A stretch of 64,000 nt of DNA from Lophium mytilinum (lineage: Eukaryota): assembly GCA_010093605.1 (NCBI GenBank), contig MU004192.1:1000882-1064881 (forward strand), given 5' to 3'. The notes under the pieces were generated by a model that was not told the origin of the DNA, made no database searches, and worked only from the letters and a program-made list of their open reading frames with translations. Of the stretch, positions 12,850 to 26,245 are shown in pieces. The position numbers and the translations under genes were made by a program. Position 1 is the first letter of the stretch; each line of letters begins with the position of its first letter.

Positions 12850-15690
12850 CTATTGCTCAGGTAGACCCCTAGAAGCCTTCAACCTAATCTGCTGACAGAT
12901 CTCCATGCTCCTCTGATGTTTCTCCGTACCAACATTCCAATGAAGCCTGATCCTCTCATCCTCTTTCAACCCCAGCATGTAGCTATCAAAACCGAGCTTC
13001 CCTGATGGCTCGCCCACTGAAGTAAGCCAAGCTGGGTGAAGCTTCTGGAGCGACTCCTGTCTCCCTCGAAAATGATTCAAAATGTCGCTATTGAATTTGT
13101 TGAAGGCAGACATGTACGTGTACATACGCTGCATGTATATCCCAAAACTCTGCTTGGTGAGAGGAACAGGTTCATCGGGTGCCTTGGGCATCGCCGGAAG
13201 GCCATAATTGTCCACCGTCGATGGCTTCAGCGGGTGGGCTGTAGAAGTGGCGGAATTAAAAGGTAGACTCAACCCTAGATCGTTGAGATCCCGTAGACCG
13301 CCGTTTGCAGATGCGAGCGGCGCGACATTTTTCAGGCCTGCGAGACCATCCAGGCCAGGCCCTTGCGGTTCTGTGGCAGATGATGGAGCTGTCGCTGCCT
13401 GCCTCGGCGCATTGTCTTTCCAATCAGCACGATGGGGAGACGCTGGCACAGTACGCGCTTCTCGATCCGGCTGTCGGCGTTTGCCATTCGCGATTGGCGG
13501 TGTTTCCGTATCGATATCCATAGCGTTGCTGCTTTCGTCGCTGCTTATACTCTGCGGATGCGCACGGGATGTGCCGTTGAGAGTTGGCTCCTCCGTGGCA
13601 TCAGTCACTGTAGCAGGCTTCGGCACAGTGGATGCCTTACGCGACCTAGGTGGCCCAGGACGCTTCGACGAAGTAGACGCTGGACGAGTCGGTGAAGTTG
13701 CTGGGTAGACCCAGCTAGGCTCCTTGAAAGTCTGCTGCCATTCCTGGGGAGAGAATTTTACCGGTGGCGCTCCCGGGCCAGCCTGGGTAGTGATGGGTGG
13801 AGGAGGTGGCGGCATGTGCGATGACTGCTGAGGCGGTGCGAAGAACGGCGGAGGCGGCGGTGGTGGTGGTGGACCCTGAGAAGAGTTCTGTTGCGTAGAC
13901 TGTGGTCGGCTTGCGGGCCTACCACGCGTCGGGGATTGTCTACCTTTCGTAGTCTTCCCATTCCCGGTAGGCACAGCAAAGTAATCAGGATTACCCTGGA
14001 AAGTACCGCTCCATTCCTCCGGGGAGAACGTGGTGTTGATGCTCTCCGCACTCCTGCTCTTTAGACCTGGGAAATTGTTCTTGAAAGTTTCGTCGGCAGT
14101 AGGTATGGTAAAACTAGTCGGGTTAGCGTTTCCTTTCGAAGGGTGCGGAGTGCGCCCAAGCTTGGGATTTGTAAAGAGATGGGGGTTGGATGAAGGGAAA
14201 ATCCGCATATCTTTCTTTGGCAAAACGCTGGACGGAAACATCCAGGACGAATTGGCATACTTTGCAAAACCACCAAGTTTCGCCTCAGCAGGTTGTGCTG
14301 GAGCGGCAGTTGCGTGATCAGCAGTCCCACGCGATGGGGTAGCCGGCTTCGCCCAAGAAGAAGTCCAGGTAGTGTCATTGAAAACATTGAAATGGTTGGA
14401 ACTGAGAGACTCGTACATTTTTGGGGGAGCGTCGCCCGTACTTGGGGGTGTCTTGGCACGACGTCCGGTTTGGGGAAACTTTTGCGGAAACCCGTTTGCT
14501 CTCCTCGGAGCTCCAGGCGCCGGAGGCTTAGGTGGAGTCGAGAATAACTCCTCTTCCTTATCAGAATCACTAGAGCCGTACATGAAGAACGGACGTGTTG
14601 CGTTTCCACCTGGCTTATGTCTGGGTGGCTTTTTGGCCGAAGTTTGGCTAGTGGTAAAGGGAGGTCTCCGTGGAGGGGGACTCACACTCCTGTGCCTCGA
14701 AGCACGCGCCGTAGATGGATCTGAAGCATCGTTCTCTGAAAATTGGCGCGGTGAGTTCCGAGTGCTGGCCGACCGTCCTAAGCCTTCACTCGAGAATTTC
14801 ATTCTCTCTCCACTGTGCGACGACGAGTATGGTGTCCGGTGGCGCTGGCCCTCGGTGAAAGGCACGTCTTCGTCGTACCTTTCCTGTGTTCTGAAGTTTC
14901 GCAGCGGATCAGCTTTGCGCGGCGTAGATTGATCGGACTCGGTCTGGTCTGGAGGAGGGTCCCTTGAATGCCGAGCAGTAGTATAGTACGCCGACCCATG
15001 CGCTTGGGGTTCGTCTGCTCCAGGAGTTGCGGGATCGAAGCCGCTCTTCCTAGGCATTCTCGTCGTATTGCTTCGACCTAGCCCAGGCTTCGCCGTGCCC
15101 GCAGTGCTAGCTTGGCTTGGAAAATTAGCCCGTGTCCTCGCATATGCAGCATCCTCCGCATTTGGTGGAGGTTTGTTCGGGTTCATCCGCTCCCATGCCT
15201 GAAACACGTTCCTCCTAGCATCCGCATCGTCTCTAGTGTTCGGTCGTTGGGCCGTGGGTGGTGGCCGCGGGAAGTGTGTGAAACGGTTGGCTCCATTGGT
15301 GGAGGCGGTGGAAGCCTGTGGCTTGTTAGGAGGCGGCGGTCGAGGTGCTTGCGTAGGGAACGGGTTTCGACGTGGAGGAGGAGGATAGTTGCTGGCGCCG
15401 GTAGTGAAGCTGGAGTAGGCGTTGCGCGGAGGGGCAGACGGTCTGTTGCGAGCTGTCTGTTTCTTTCGGTCGAGGTCATACTTAAATCTCCTCTCGGGGT
15501 CGTTCAGGACTTCATGAGCAGCCTGGATGACCTGGAATTTCGTCTTGAACTCTTCTTCACAGCCTGGGTTGCGGTCCGGATGGCACTTAAGGGCGAGCTT
15601 TCGGAAGGCCTTCGTAACCTCCTCTGGGCCCGCATTCGGCTGCACGCCCAGGTCCTGGTAGTAGTCTCGCAGCGGATCGGCCTGGACCAT
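12850..15690 (-). CDS. Class C J-domain (DnaJ) protein with long Pro/Ser-rich region
   Basis: N-terminal DYYQDLGV..FRKLALKCHPDRNPG..FQVIQAAHEVLNDP..YD J-domain with intact HPD; possible internal in-frame intron 14114-14416. Confidence 0.9.
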   Translation of the reverse strand: MVQADPLRDYYQDLGVQPNAGPEEVTKAFRKLALKCHPDRNPGCEEEFKTKFQVIQAAHEVLNDPERRFKYDLDRKKQTARNRPSAPPRNAYSSFTTGASNYPPPPRRNPFPTQAPRPPPPNKPQASTASTNGANRFTHFPRPPPTAQRPNTRDDADARRNVFQAWERMNPNKPPPNAEDAAYARTRANFPSQASTAGTAKPGLGRSNTTRMPRKSGFDPATPGADEPQAHGSAYYTTARHSRDPPPDQTESDQSTPRKADPLRNFRTQERYDEDVPFTEGQRHRTPYSSSHSGERMKFSSEGLGRSASTRNSPRQFSENDASDPSTARASRHRSVSPPPRRPPFTTSQTSAKKPPRHKPGGNATRPFFMYGSSDSDKEEELFSTPPKPPAPGAPRRANGFPQKFPQTGRRAKTPPSTGDAPPKMYESLSSNHFNVFNDTTWTSSWAKPATPSRGTADHATAAPAQPAEAKLGGFAKYANSSWMFPSSVLPKKDMRIFPSSNPHLFTNPKLGRTPHPSKGNANPTSFTIPTADETFKNNFPGLKSRSAESINTTFSPEEWSGTFQGNPDYFAVPTGNGKTTKGRQSPTRGRPASRPQSTQQNSSQGPPPPPPPPPFFAPPQQSSHMPPPPPPITTQAGPGAPPVKFSPQEWQQTFKEPSWVYPATSPTRPASTSSKRPGPPRSRKASTVPKPATVTDATEEPTLNGTSRAHPQSISSDESSNAMDIDTETPPIANGKRRQPDREARTVPASPHRADWKDNAPRQAATAPSSATEPQGPGLDGLAGLKNVAPLASANGGLRDLNDLGLSLPFNSATSTAHPLKPSTVDNYGLPAMPKAPDEPVPLTKQSFGIYMQRMYTYMSAFNKFNSDILNHFRGRQESLQKLHPAWLTSVGEPSGKLGFDSYMLGLKEDERIRLHWNVGTEKHQRSMEICQQIRLKASRGLPEQ

Positions 15691-16842
15691 GTTGGCCGCG
15701 GTGTGTGGTTGATGTGGTGGTGTGCGATATTCGAGAGCTCGAAGATAGTACGGCGACAGGCGCCCTCTTCAAGCCGGCGGTGGGGGGTGTCGAGGCGCTG
15801 GACTTGAACGTGGCTCGTGGTGGAGCGCGGGTTCACATGTCCATGGGCGAGTGAGGTGGTGAGTGCCTAAGGTTGAGTGTCGGTCATTACGTGAAGTGCA
15901 GAAGGGCGCGGCAAGCGAGGGAATTCTGGCCGAAGGCCGGCGACAGGGCGAGCAGCGAGCGGAGAGGCGACAAAAAGCAATTCACCGCTTGCGAGGTGAC
16001 GTTGGTGAGAAGTCAGCAGCAGGTGTTGCTGCAGCTGGTGGTTGAATTGTTTTGGTGCTGGCGGGGTCTTGGCTCTCAGTAACACCCGTAGACCTCTCAC
16101 GAGCAGCGCGTTGGCCTGGGCTTCCCTGCGTGCAACCAAACTCCCGCGCTGCCTATTGCGGCGGCTAGGAACGGGACGATAGTGTACCACAAGTGCCTGG
16201 AAAGTGGATGCGCTGGCAAGGCAGAACCTGGGGTTTCTCGCGAGAGATGATGTCGTCGTTGCCTTTTCACCCCGACACCGGCTTTGCCCGAGCCGTGTTC
16301 ATTGGAGCCGCCAGGACACATGTCACCGGTCAAGTTCCACATGCAACACTGCCCAATATCCTTGATCTTGGAAGGAGGACATTGCATGTGAGATCACGAG
16401 GAGCGAGCAGATAGACTTCAGCGGCCTCAATATTGCAGCAGGGGCAAGAAAGATACCTGAAGTGGTAAAAACTCACAATCCATAGTCTTCCAACGTTTGA
16501 TTAAGAATTTTGTATCAATTCAAAGGGATGTATACGCAGGGGTTGCAAAGGCCCAAGTAGCGGGACAGCTCTAATTTTCTATGATGCACATGTGACAACG
16601 TGATCAACTGGACGAAGGCCTGCCACACAGGCAGTATACTCAGGTTTCCTAGACATCATGCCCAATAAAATTAACAAGACGACAATAATCAGATGATACG
16701 TCCTCCAAGGCTCTTTCTCTTTCGGAGAGCCTATGCCAGGTTCAAGGCTAGTGAATTACAAGGCCACATCTGGACATTTCTGCTTCTTTGTCAGTAACAG
16801 ACATAATATACAGAACAATTCTCGTCAATCATCAAATCAACA

Positions 16843-16936
16843 TCCGTTGTGGTCTAGGGGCTAGGATTTGCCGCTCTCATTGAGAGTTTCTCACGAAAGT
16901 GCCGGCAAGGCCCGGGTTCGATTCCCGGCGACGGAA
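16843..16936 (+). tRNA. tRNA-Glu(CTC) with 22-nt intron (16880-16901)
   Basis: Acceptor stem TCCGTTG/CGACGGA, D arm TGGTCTAGGGGCTAGGA, anticodon stem TGCCG/CGGCA with CTC at 16876-16878, T loop GGTTCGATTCC. Confidence 0.95.
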
Positions 16937-16943
16937 CATTTAC

Positions 16944-16956
16944 TTTTTGCTTTTTT
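16944..16956 (+). terminator. RNA polymerase III oligo-T terminator of the tRNA gene
   Basis: TTTTT and TTTTTT runs immediately 3' of the tRNA. Confidence 0.75.
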
Positions 16957-19900
16957 AATACGTTGGGGATGGTGGAGAGCATCACCGGCTGCTCAGAGTG
17001 TGAATGTACCTTTTGGCGTTTTGGTGTCTTGATTAGCAAAGCTTTCGATTAGACGGAGATTGTAGTCCATCTGACGAGAAAGCAGGGTTAGGGGTTCACA
17101 CAGTTTCTTTCTTAGGTGATGGAGGGCATCATGCTTCTCTAGATAAATATTCGTGCAAATTCTGAGTAGTATAATTGAACTAGCTCTCATGAAGAATTTT
17201 ATAGTAGGGCTTTTGTATATCCTGGTGATTACAATAGAATCCTATCTAGCGTAAAGGGAAACTTGTCGAAAAGGGAGTCTGTCTAGCGAGGTGAACACAT
17301 CTTCACAGCTTTAATCCAGAAAGCGAACAAAATCTAGATACGCTTCTGTATCCTCTATGTGTGCTTCCGCCACCCTTTGCCTCTATGAAGAACCTAGGGA
17401 TAGCGAATGGCCTTTGCTGGCCTACCAGAACGAGCATCAACTTTGTCCGGGTACAGTTGTCTTCTAAATCGGCCAATGTATGGGGCACCGAGAGGGCGGA
17501 TCTCGACCTCGTTTGGCCTGCGTGAAATGATTACAAACGGTGTAGCATAATCACGGCCCTAACTGCTAGGTGTGTCAATTACCCGTTCTAGCAACAGGCT
17601 CTACATCCCGGATACCTAAAAGGCAACCGTCTAAAAGGACTCAGAGAATAGCAAGAGGCATGGAATCGTTGACAGAGTTAACAGATCGAGAGTGATTGAA
17701 AGCGGCGGTATTGGGGATGTTCTTCCTAATACTGAACCAAGAAGCAGATCTTACCACTATGAGATGTTTTCTTTTGAACATGCTTTTCGAGACATACTTT
17801 GCGATCGCCAGAATGTGACTCTATAAGTTCCAGATATGGCTTTCAATGCCCATACTGAGACCAAAGAAGGGAAACGAACGACCATGGCGCAGATGAGAAC
17901 AACGAGGTTGAGAAGTCAAGGAGAATAGGAAGCACCGCCTCCACCATCTACTCACCCACAAGCCAACTGCTTTATCATGAAACCCTTGACTCTCAACACG
18001 ACTTTCGGCCCCAGGAATCCCCCCACGGTAGCACAACATTACCCCAACCCAAACCTACGAATCCTCCGACCCCACGATGGGTACCTTACCGAAGCGTTAG
18101 TCGGCTCCCGAATCGATCGCCTAAACAGTCGATAGAAGGATCCCGTCCCAGGAACCCAAGGGCTTCCGTGAAGGTTACACATATCCAACACTCTTCTATG
18201 AAGTGACTGTTCGATGTTCGAGTAATGTCCCCCCAGCCTGAATCATCGGCCCTTTCAGCAACAAGGGAGTGAGGCGTTGGCTGACGAGGATCGGAGAGCT
18301 GGGATCAGAAACAGAAAGAGCTTATTCCACTTTCGATATCGAGGTACGAGTATGATGATGTCGTGTGATTTTCATGAGAAATGTTACGGGCGTACATAGG
18401 TCTTCGGATCCGAGATATACGGACGAGGCAATCTGACTGAGCGAAGGAAACATAGACAGATGAAAAAGAACCAGGCTGACGTTGCTGACGCGCAAACACG
18501 ATGATTCCAGAACAGCACCTAACAAAAGAAAAAGCACCAGTTCTAGGTACGTACCTCCTCAACCACCGCGCGCCACCCTGCGCCCAATCGCATCAAACGT
18601 CAGCACTGCGCTCCCCAGCCCCGCGCACATTCCATTCCCCAGCCCATCCTCCATCACCAGCCTCATCCATCAGCGAAAAGGAATTCCTCACCTATGCATC
18701 GACCACCAACCCCCTCCCAGGGGCCCCTCCACCGTCATCAGCAATCCCAATCCCCAGGATCCCGCCACCTGTGCAAATCCCCTCACCATGCTCCAACCGA
18801 GCCCACTCCCCACCCCCCGCCAAGCGCATTCCGAAACACATCCAACACGCCCGATCTGCAGCTACCACTCCTGCGCGGTCCACCGTTATCGTACAGTACG
18901 CAGCCCCTTGTAAACGTGCATGCGCCTTATTTCGCACGATAGACTTCGTTGGTGGTGATCGGAAGGCTGCAAACGCACGGCGAGGCTATGCTGCCCACCT
19001 CCCCTTAACCCATCATTCAGGCAGTAGACTTCGTTAGCGAGTAGCGTCGGGCACACGAAAGCCAAAATACCCAGCCGCCCGCGAAATCGGCCTTGCAATC
19101 GGCCGGCCGGCCGTACCGTATTCCCACTCGCAACACCTCCACACCTCCTGTGTTGGATTGGTGTGGTGTGGTGTGCTTTTGCAGAAAAACTCAGCCACAG
19201 ACCGGTGTTGGTGGAGGCGTTTTTTGCCCGCGATCCCCACACACCTCAGCGCAGCAAATTAGGCTCCAAAACCCCTTTACTTTTGAAAGCTGACGGGTGT
19301 AATTGGTGCGGTTTTTGGTTACCTACCGTGAGGGCTGATGTGCGGCGTAGTGTGGGTTAGGGAAAGTGGTGAGCAGGTCGGCACGAGGCAGATTAGCTGA
19401 GGAACAATTACCTGTGCAACAGATGCTGGCGGGCTGTGAAGGTGTTGTGGGATGGCTGCCGCATTGCTGATTATGGACCTGAGTAATGCGTGCTTATGGT
19501 AGGTAGGTGCTTGCTGTTGTGGACCGGTGAGGCGGGCGGGGCGCGAGAGATGCGTGTGATATGCAAAGCTATTGGGCTGCATTGAACGACGGAGGACTGC
19601 GGATGCTTTCGTGTATCCATAGACTACTACAATGCAACAAATAGGCTGTAACTTTGAAATTTTAAAGTATGCCACTCAGCAGGTCAGAAGACAAAAAGTG
19701 ATGGCTGTTGAAGCTTGAGTCCGAAGACCCAGCAGTTGCATTATCCGCAATTCCCGTAGGACGCGGTCCACTATCTAGACAAGAGGTATCCAACATCATC
19801 ATCGGCACGCCGGCCAGCTACCTCCCGGCTCTGCCTGCTTCCCAATACCGATTCCACACATTCATGCAATGAAAAACCAAAATGCAGCAAAATTATGCTC

Positions 19901-20097
19901 AAATCCCTGCGCCGTCGCAATGCTATGCAAGGTGATACAAAAAGGAAATCTCAAGAGTCGAGACAATTTTAACCCAGCCAGTGGGTTCAAGAGTCGATCG
20001 CTCTTGGTGGTCCCATCCCGCCTTTTCGTGATAGACCAAGGAGACTCGTGTCTATCATGTATGTTGAAGTGACAAATGAAAGAAATGATAGTGCGGT

Positions 20098-21219
20098 CTA
20101 GTAGGCAGTAGTCGCTTGGCCGCGAGAGTTACCAGCCGCGCCGAAAACGCGGTTGAAGAAGCCACCAGTGGATGTCTTGGCCTTCTTTGCTGGCTTCTCG
20201 TCGTAGCGATCGAGAGGGAGGATGTGGTTGACTTTTAGTGCCGCTGGTGGGTGGATGTGCACCAGCATAGCACCACTGTCCTGGTCGTACCGTTGAACAA
20301 GCGCTTCTCCATGCTCATCATGGACGCTTGAAAGGCTTGACATAGAACTAGCAGTCGAGAGGGCAGAAGAGCTGCGGGTGGGAGGAGATAGTGATGGAGT
20401 CCTGGAAGGAGCACGTGATGATCCAGTGCGAGTTGAGGAAGGTGTGGCGTAAGGACGGAACCGTTGTTGTTGGTCGTGAGCGTACACTGTGAATGACCGC
20501 TCGGCCTCGTAGGTGGGAAGCTCGAGACGCGAGCGGCTGATGTTCTCCATGGTCAGGTTGTATTGCTGTTGGGCAATCATTTCCTTCTCGCGTTGAGCAA
20601 TGCGGGCCTTCTCCGCGAGGCGTGATTGCTTCTCGCGGATGGGGGCCAGGAAGGGCTCAAGGTGGAGGTAAAGATCTTCCGGGTTGATCCTCAGGTCCCA
20701 GTCGAGGAGGAAGAGGAGCTGCTTCTCCATGAGGTTGACTTCGGTGATGGAAAAGCCGAAGTTCTCGAAGCCGCGGACAGCACTGTACCGAGCCCAGTGC
20801 TTGTTCTTGGGCGAAGAGTCGTTCAGGTTCTTAGCAGCCAGGATGAGAGATGCCAAGAAGATGCGGTGGACAGTGCACTTCATGCCCTTGGCGACAGGAG
20901 GAAGGCGAGCTTTGAGACGGCTAAGGTACACGAGCGAGGTCATAAGGGTCGGGACCTGGACATGTGACCTGTCGACGAGGGATGTGATGAATGCTTCCAC
21001 CGATGGCAGGACTGGTTCCCTGAATTGGGTCGAGTGCTGGGGAGGAGTTGCCGGCGGTGTTGGAGGGAGGTTCTTGTTGAGATGGGGAACCTGCTCGCAC
21101 CGGATGACCTGGGTGGCCTTCTGGGCGAGGTACGAGATCATGTCGGGGGAAACGTGCTGCTGGACAAAGCAATCCAGAGCAGCCTTGTTCTGGTCCGCAG
21201 TGGAGGCTGGGTAGGCCAT
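20098..21219 (-). CDS. PCL1: Pho85-type G1/S cyclin, Pcl1/Pcl2 family
   Basis: Cyclin box [69 protein letters not shown]; intronless 373 aa. Confidence 0.92.
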   Translation of the reverse strand: MAYPASTADQNKAALDCFVQQHVSPDMISYLAQKATQVIRCEQVPHLNKNLPPTPPATPPQHSTQFREPVLPSVEAFITSLVDRSHVQVPTLMTSLVYLSRLKARLPPVAKGMKCTVHRIFLASLILAAKNLNDSSPKNKHWARYSAVRGFENFGFSITEVNLMEKQLLFLLDWDLRINPEDLYLHLEPFLAPIREKQSRLAEKARIAQREKEMIAQQQYNLTMENISRSRLELPTYEAERSFTVYAHDQQQRFRPYATPSSTRTGSSRAPSRTPSLSPPTRSSSALSTASSMSSLSSVHDEHGEALVQRYDQDSGAMLVHIHPPAALKVNHILPLDRYDEKPAKKAKTSTGGFFNRVFGAAGNSRGQATTAY

Positions 21220-24200
21220 GATGTCGTAGATTGATGGAGGTTGAAGAACGAAGGGGAAGGCGGGCTCTTATGCGGAAGATGCAAAAAGCTCACAATAGGA
21301 AGTTGCTATTGTTCGGGCTCGTGAATAGGGTCCGTGCGTTCTATTGTCGGCAGGCAGGGAGGGTCGACAATAGGAAGCGGCGCCTGAGGGTTCTTGTGGC
21401 GGCCAGGTGTCTCTTAGTTAAATTAGGCCCAGGTAGGCGGTTTGGATCAACAAGGTTGAAGGATGGATGACAGTAAGCAAGTCCGGGGAGGCTGTACTTC
21501 GGAGGGCTGGGGTCCGCTGAGAGTGGATAAAGCGCTGAAACGTGCGAGATCGGGATAAATTAGATGGCGACTGTCCGACCGGCGGAGAGCTCAGATATAA
21601 AGATTATAGATCGGAAAGATGGTGGAAAAAAGCCTAGTAGGCGGTCTGAGTGATAGGCACGGCCTAGTGGAGCGACTCGGGAAGTTTTGGGGTGAGGTTG
21701 AATACGCCGCGGGCTGTGCCTGGCTGTGTGGGAAAGGGATACGGAGAGGCTGGCTTTCCGCACGCAAGGATAGAAAAAGGAGTTGGGGGTCGGGACGCGA
21801 ATGACTTGCACTGGTGGAAGACTGGCTCAGCGGCGGAGCTGCGATACTTATCCTGTGCCCCTTGGGTGCGGTGAGGGCGGCCTTTGGGTGCGAGGAATGA
21901 AGGTGGGGAGCGCGACGAGGGTACGATGCTGGGGAGCCAATCAGTGCGTTGAGGGCGGTGCGGATGGCTTTCTCGCGCGGCAGCCCAAACTGGAGCCCAG
22001 CGGTTGACTGGCTGTCTCGGGTTGGCTACGAATTTCGTGCAGACAGAGGCGTGTTTCACGTCGCCCACCGTCCAGGACCAACTGTCGCCTGAGGAGGGGC
22101 TGTTTAGGGGAGCGTTTGGAGCGGGCTATTTCGAGCAGCCGCCGTGGGCCAACAGAAAGATGCTGCGAGGGGTCTGCGTTTCGAGGGCGAGCCGTTTCGT
22201 TTAGGGCATGCCAGCACTGCAAGGTCGTGCAGACAATGCCAGGAGGTCTTGTGTCGGATTGCGGTAGTGTCGTGTTCGAGGACGGTTCTGGTGGTGCTGT
22301 TACACTCTGCACGTCGGAGTCATCCAGACTAATATGTAGTAGCTAGTGCCGTGACGGTGGCTGGCGAGACTCGAGATTTGCAGCACGCTGGCTGGTCGTG
22401 ATATCTTGAGGCGGACGGCGGTGGAGAGTGATGAATGACAACAGGCCACGACTGCTGCTTGATATAATGATCCCGCCATCTTCTGCCACCACCAAGCCTG
22501 GCAAACCCTGCGGACTTCGCCAGCTGCCAGTGACGACTGCCGATTGCTTGGTCAAGGGACCTGCCGGCTGGTCGGATGGGCTGGAGAGTGCGTGTGTGGA
22601 TGGCGATGAGGAATCTTGCTGGGCCCAGCCACCTGCGTCGCCATCTCCAGCCTCCGGTGCAGCGACCGAGGCCCAGATGCCAGGCCGCGACAGGCATAGC
22701 GCGAGAGGGTGTGGCTGGCCGAGAGGACTTTGGGCAGGGCGATGCGGAGGGCTGCCAAGGTTGGTGCACATTTTGCCTTCGGAGGACGCGCGTGGGTGGT
22801 GTGGAGGAGCTGATTTTGGGCAAGCCGACGCTGCTCAACCGAGGAAAATCCGGGATACTGTGCCACATTTTGTGGCTGAGTGGTGCCAAGCCGGCAGCCC
22901 TCACCACCACGTCCAGTAGCATCGTGGCCATCACCACTCCATCGCCAATCACCGCCCGCAGCATCCCAGTCGGCTAGCCGGCAATGTCGGGGGGAGGTCG
23001 CCGTCGTCCAGCAGTCGGGTTCGGCACGTTGCCATTGGCTGCTGATCAGCAAACAAATGTTTCAACGCCAGATGAACAACCACGCCCCGTGGGCCACGAC
23101 GAACCACGCGGACTCAGCTCGAGGCTTCCTGATCATCGCGAGGCTGGCGCATCCCGGCACCGTAATTCATGCGTTCGCCGCGAGACCCAATAGATGACGC
23201 AGCCCTTCTGTAGACTCAGAGCCACTCACTGGGTGGCGTGGTGAGTTTGCTGGACGTTCAAGACGACGAGTTTCAACCACCCTCCACTGCAGCTTCACCA
23301 AGCGCTGCACTGCCTCAACTCACCCTCAGTGTCCAATTCTGTAGCGTCGAATCGTCCTCTAGGGCCTCAACGTCGGTCTTCCGGAGAGATCGATTTCGAC
23401 CTTCTGGAAGCTCATGAGACACCTCCAGATCGCTGCGATCAGAGACATTGCGCCCGGCGCTCTAGTCACGTTGCAAGTATTTCGGACTCGCCGTAGCGCC
23501 CAGTTGGTCATTCGCCTACCCGCTTGGGATTCTCCCAGGCGCCTGAACAAGTTACACCCGCTCCCGTCCGTGGCTCGTCCTCATGCCCTTCATCTCCAGA
23601 TCTCATCTTGCACCCGCAAATAGCCCTGCGAGCGAGTCGCCCGCTTGAGGCTCTGTGCGCGCAAGCATTGCGCAACCTTGACGCCGCACCCGCACAGACG
23701 AATCGACCTGAATTAGACAACCGCCCACCAAAGCGCTCGTACTACGCCAATTGCGGCGCGATCATGGTATTTTCTACAAGGTGGATACTTGACGAACTGC
23801 CAAGTCGAGTTCCAGATATCGTGGTTCAGGGCCGCGATTTCCGGACCGTAGTTTCATGCTTCACGGACAGCCTTCTCCCCAAGTCACCCCACAGTAAGCC
23901 TGTGGGCGCGTCGCCGTGTTGTTTCAAACACAACGTTTATACTACCGCTCTAGAGGGCCACCGTTGTTGACGCTTAGCTTGGCCCCATAACCATATCCTT
24001 CCTTCAGATGTCTCTTTTCACGAGCATTGTGGCGGAGTCGTTCCATATTCGTCACCCCAGAGGACTTGGCGTCGCAAGTTGCAAACTTTCACCAAATGAA
24101 ATGCAACATGTTGGTGGCGTCCATGCCCAACTTGTCCCTGTTGTTACTGTTAACGCTCGGGACCTGGCGGTTCCGGATTTTCTCAAGCACTGCCTTCCGG

Positions 24201-26245
24201 TCTACGACATGCTTCAGCGCTACAAGAAGCGGCGCAGTCCCTTCATGTTGCGCACTTTCCAACATTTTCACTCCTCCAGATTGGTGGCTTTCGATCTAGA
24301 CATCACCAACCGCCCCTGCGTTCATCCTTACTGTTCAAGCCTCGCCACAGAGCCAGGGTTACTCAATGTTTAGCCATGCCGCTTAATCTCCGATCAGAAT
24401 AATCCTGTGCGCACTGCATTCCGCCCCACGGGCTGTTTAGGTCTGCCTAAACAGCGAGTAACCCGTGGGGCGAATGCTCAAAAATCTTGACTTCACAAAG
24501 TCTCGCCACTTAGATCGGACGACTCGAGCACAGGTAAGTTTTCCTCCCGTAGGGTCCTACGAGTGCTTCGCCGCATTTTATCCCGCCGTTAAACAGCAGT
24601 CGAGCGATCGCTACGATGCCTTCTTTTCACAAGGAGATTTTATCAAGAGTAGTTCTATAAAGAGACAATGTCATGTAGTATTCGTTTACGTCTTGAAGCC
24701 GATCTAGTACAAGGGTGCCTTCGCCCTCCCTACCGTTGTTTCGTCCCTTCAATATTCCCATATTATTACAGCAAGATATGACACCGAGGACCGCAGAGTA
24801 GATTACATTATAATAGACTATTCATCTTTCTACCTACGATCGCTATCTCGAAATGCCCCATTGGTTAAGTGTAGAGATGTCTCACTCTTCGTATAGATGC
24901 TACTCGGCATACCGCTTCCAGATAGTCGCAAAGCATATCCCACACATCTCCAACTCCGCAACTGAGACGCAGGACTCCACACCTGTAAGGTCATCAAGCA
25001 ATACGTAGCGCAAATCCACCAAAAAAGGAAACTCATCACATGGTCGTTTGAATAAGTGAGACATACTTCGCAGGGCTAAGAGCTCATGACCATGCTAACC
25101 TCCGGAGTCCCCACCACATGACACAGCACAACTCACAGAACCACAGCGGCAGATCATCTGACCGCCTCTCTGTTATTGTGACTTTTTCCGAGATCTGCTA
25201 GAGCGTGGAGCTATAGCCGCTAATGATGACCCTTGCGGTCGATTGCCGGCTAATAGTGACAAGGGTGGAGGGGGCAGGTCGGGGTGTCGGTGGTGAGTCG
25301 CCGACTCCGCTACCTTACTTCTGAGTATTATCGCCAACTGGGAGTCGTCAGTGTGTTGAATCTCCGTTGCTGATCTTGATGCGATGATGCGTCTGGGCCG
25401 GCGTCGGATGCGTGGCTGAAGAGGGCGGTTTTGGAGGGGAGTTTCCGTCGCTGAAGGGAGGCTTCACCGCTGGTTTGGAAGGGAGAATCTACGGGAAAGG
25501 GTTCCGTGAGGAGTTGGCAGTTCCGCTGTAGCCGGTAGATGTCCGTTGAGTTGTTGGAAGTACCTAGGACTTTGGAGCTTATGAAACGGGTCTGCTCGTT
25601 CGCGAGAGATGGCATGCTTGTGCTCACTCGGGCGTATAGAATTGATGGACATTGCGTTCATCGAGCATGCTCTGTGGATGATTCAGTAGTATCTTCAAAG
25701 AGTAAGTAGGTTTTGAAGGTAAAGCGGCCATCTTCTTATGCTCTGTCGCACTAGTTTCTCGCATTGTCGTACGTCGTGAATTAGATATATTTTCACCATC
25801 AACACAGCGTCCATGCTTTTCAGTCCACATATAGGTCGTAATGAGAATGTTCTGTTGAGTCGTAGGACACCAGAGTTAAGTAGCAGTAAGATGGAAAAGC
25901 TACCAAGACCAGATGTGGGCCACAAGCTGTTGTAGTGATCTGATGAGGAAGGTAGCTATTCCACAGAAGGAAGACGGATATACACAAGATGCTGAGTAAG
26001 CTTGCCAGAGAGGAAGGGGCCCGACAGCGTGGCAGTGGCTGTTCAAAGTAGGTATGTGATAGGTCGATTGAGGCAAGGCTGAAACTCAGCCTGCCTTGTC
26101 ATCCCACTGGGTTCTTCAGGCAGCCGCTGGTCCTCTGCCTCCATCACCCTACACTTCTACACGCATGAAGACGCGGTTGACTCCTCAATCCCGCGGTGTG
26201 AACTATCAGACTCACCATCCTACTACATGCACGACTTCGCGGCTC

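Noticed and set aside
17870..18206. ~110-codon stop-free plus-strand frame without ATG
   Set aside because: No recognisable domain, start or convincing splice sites.
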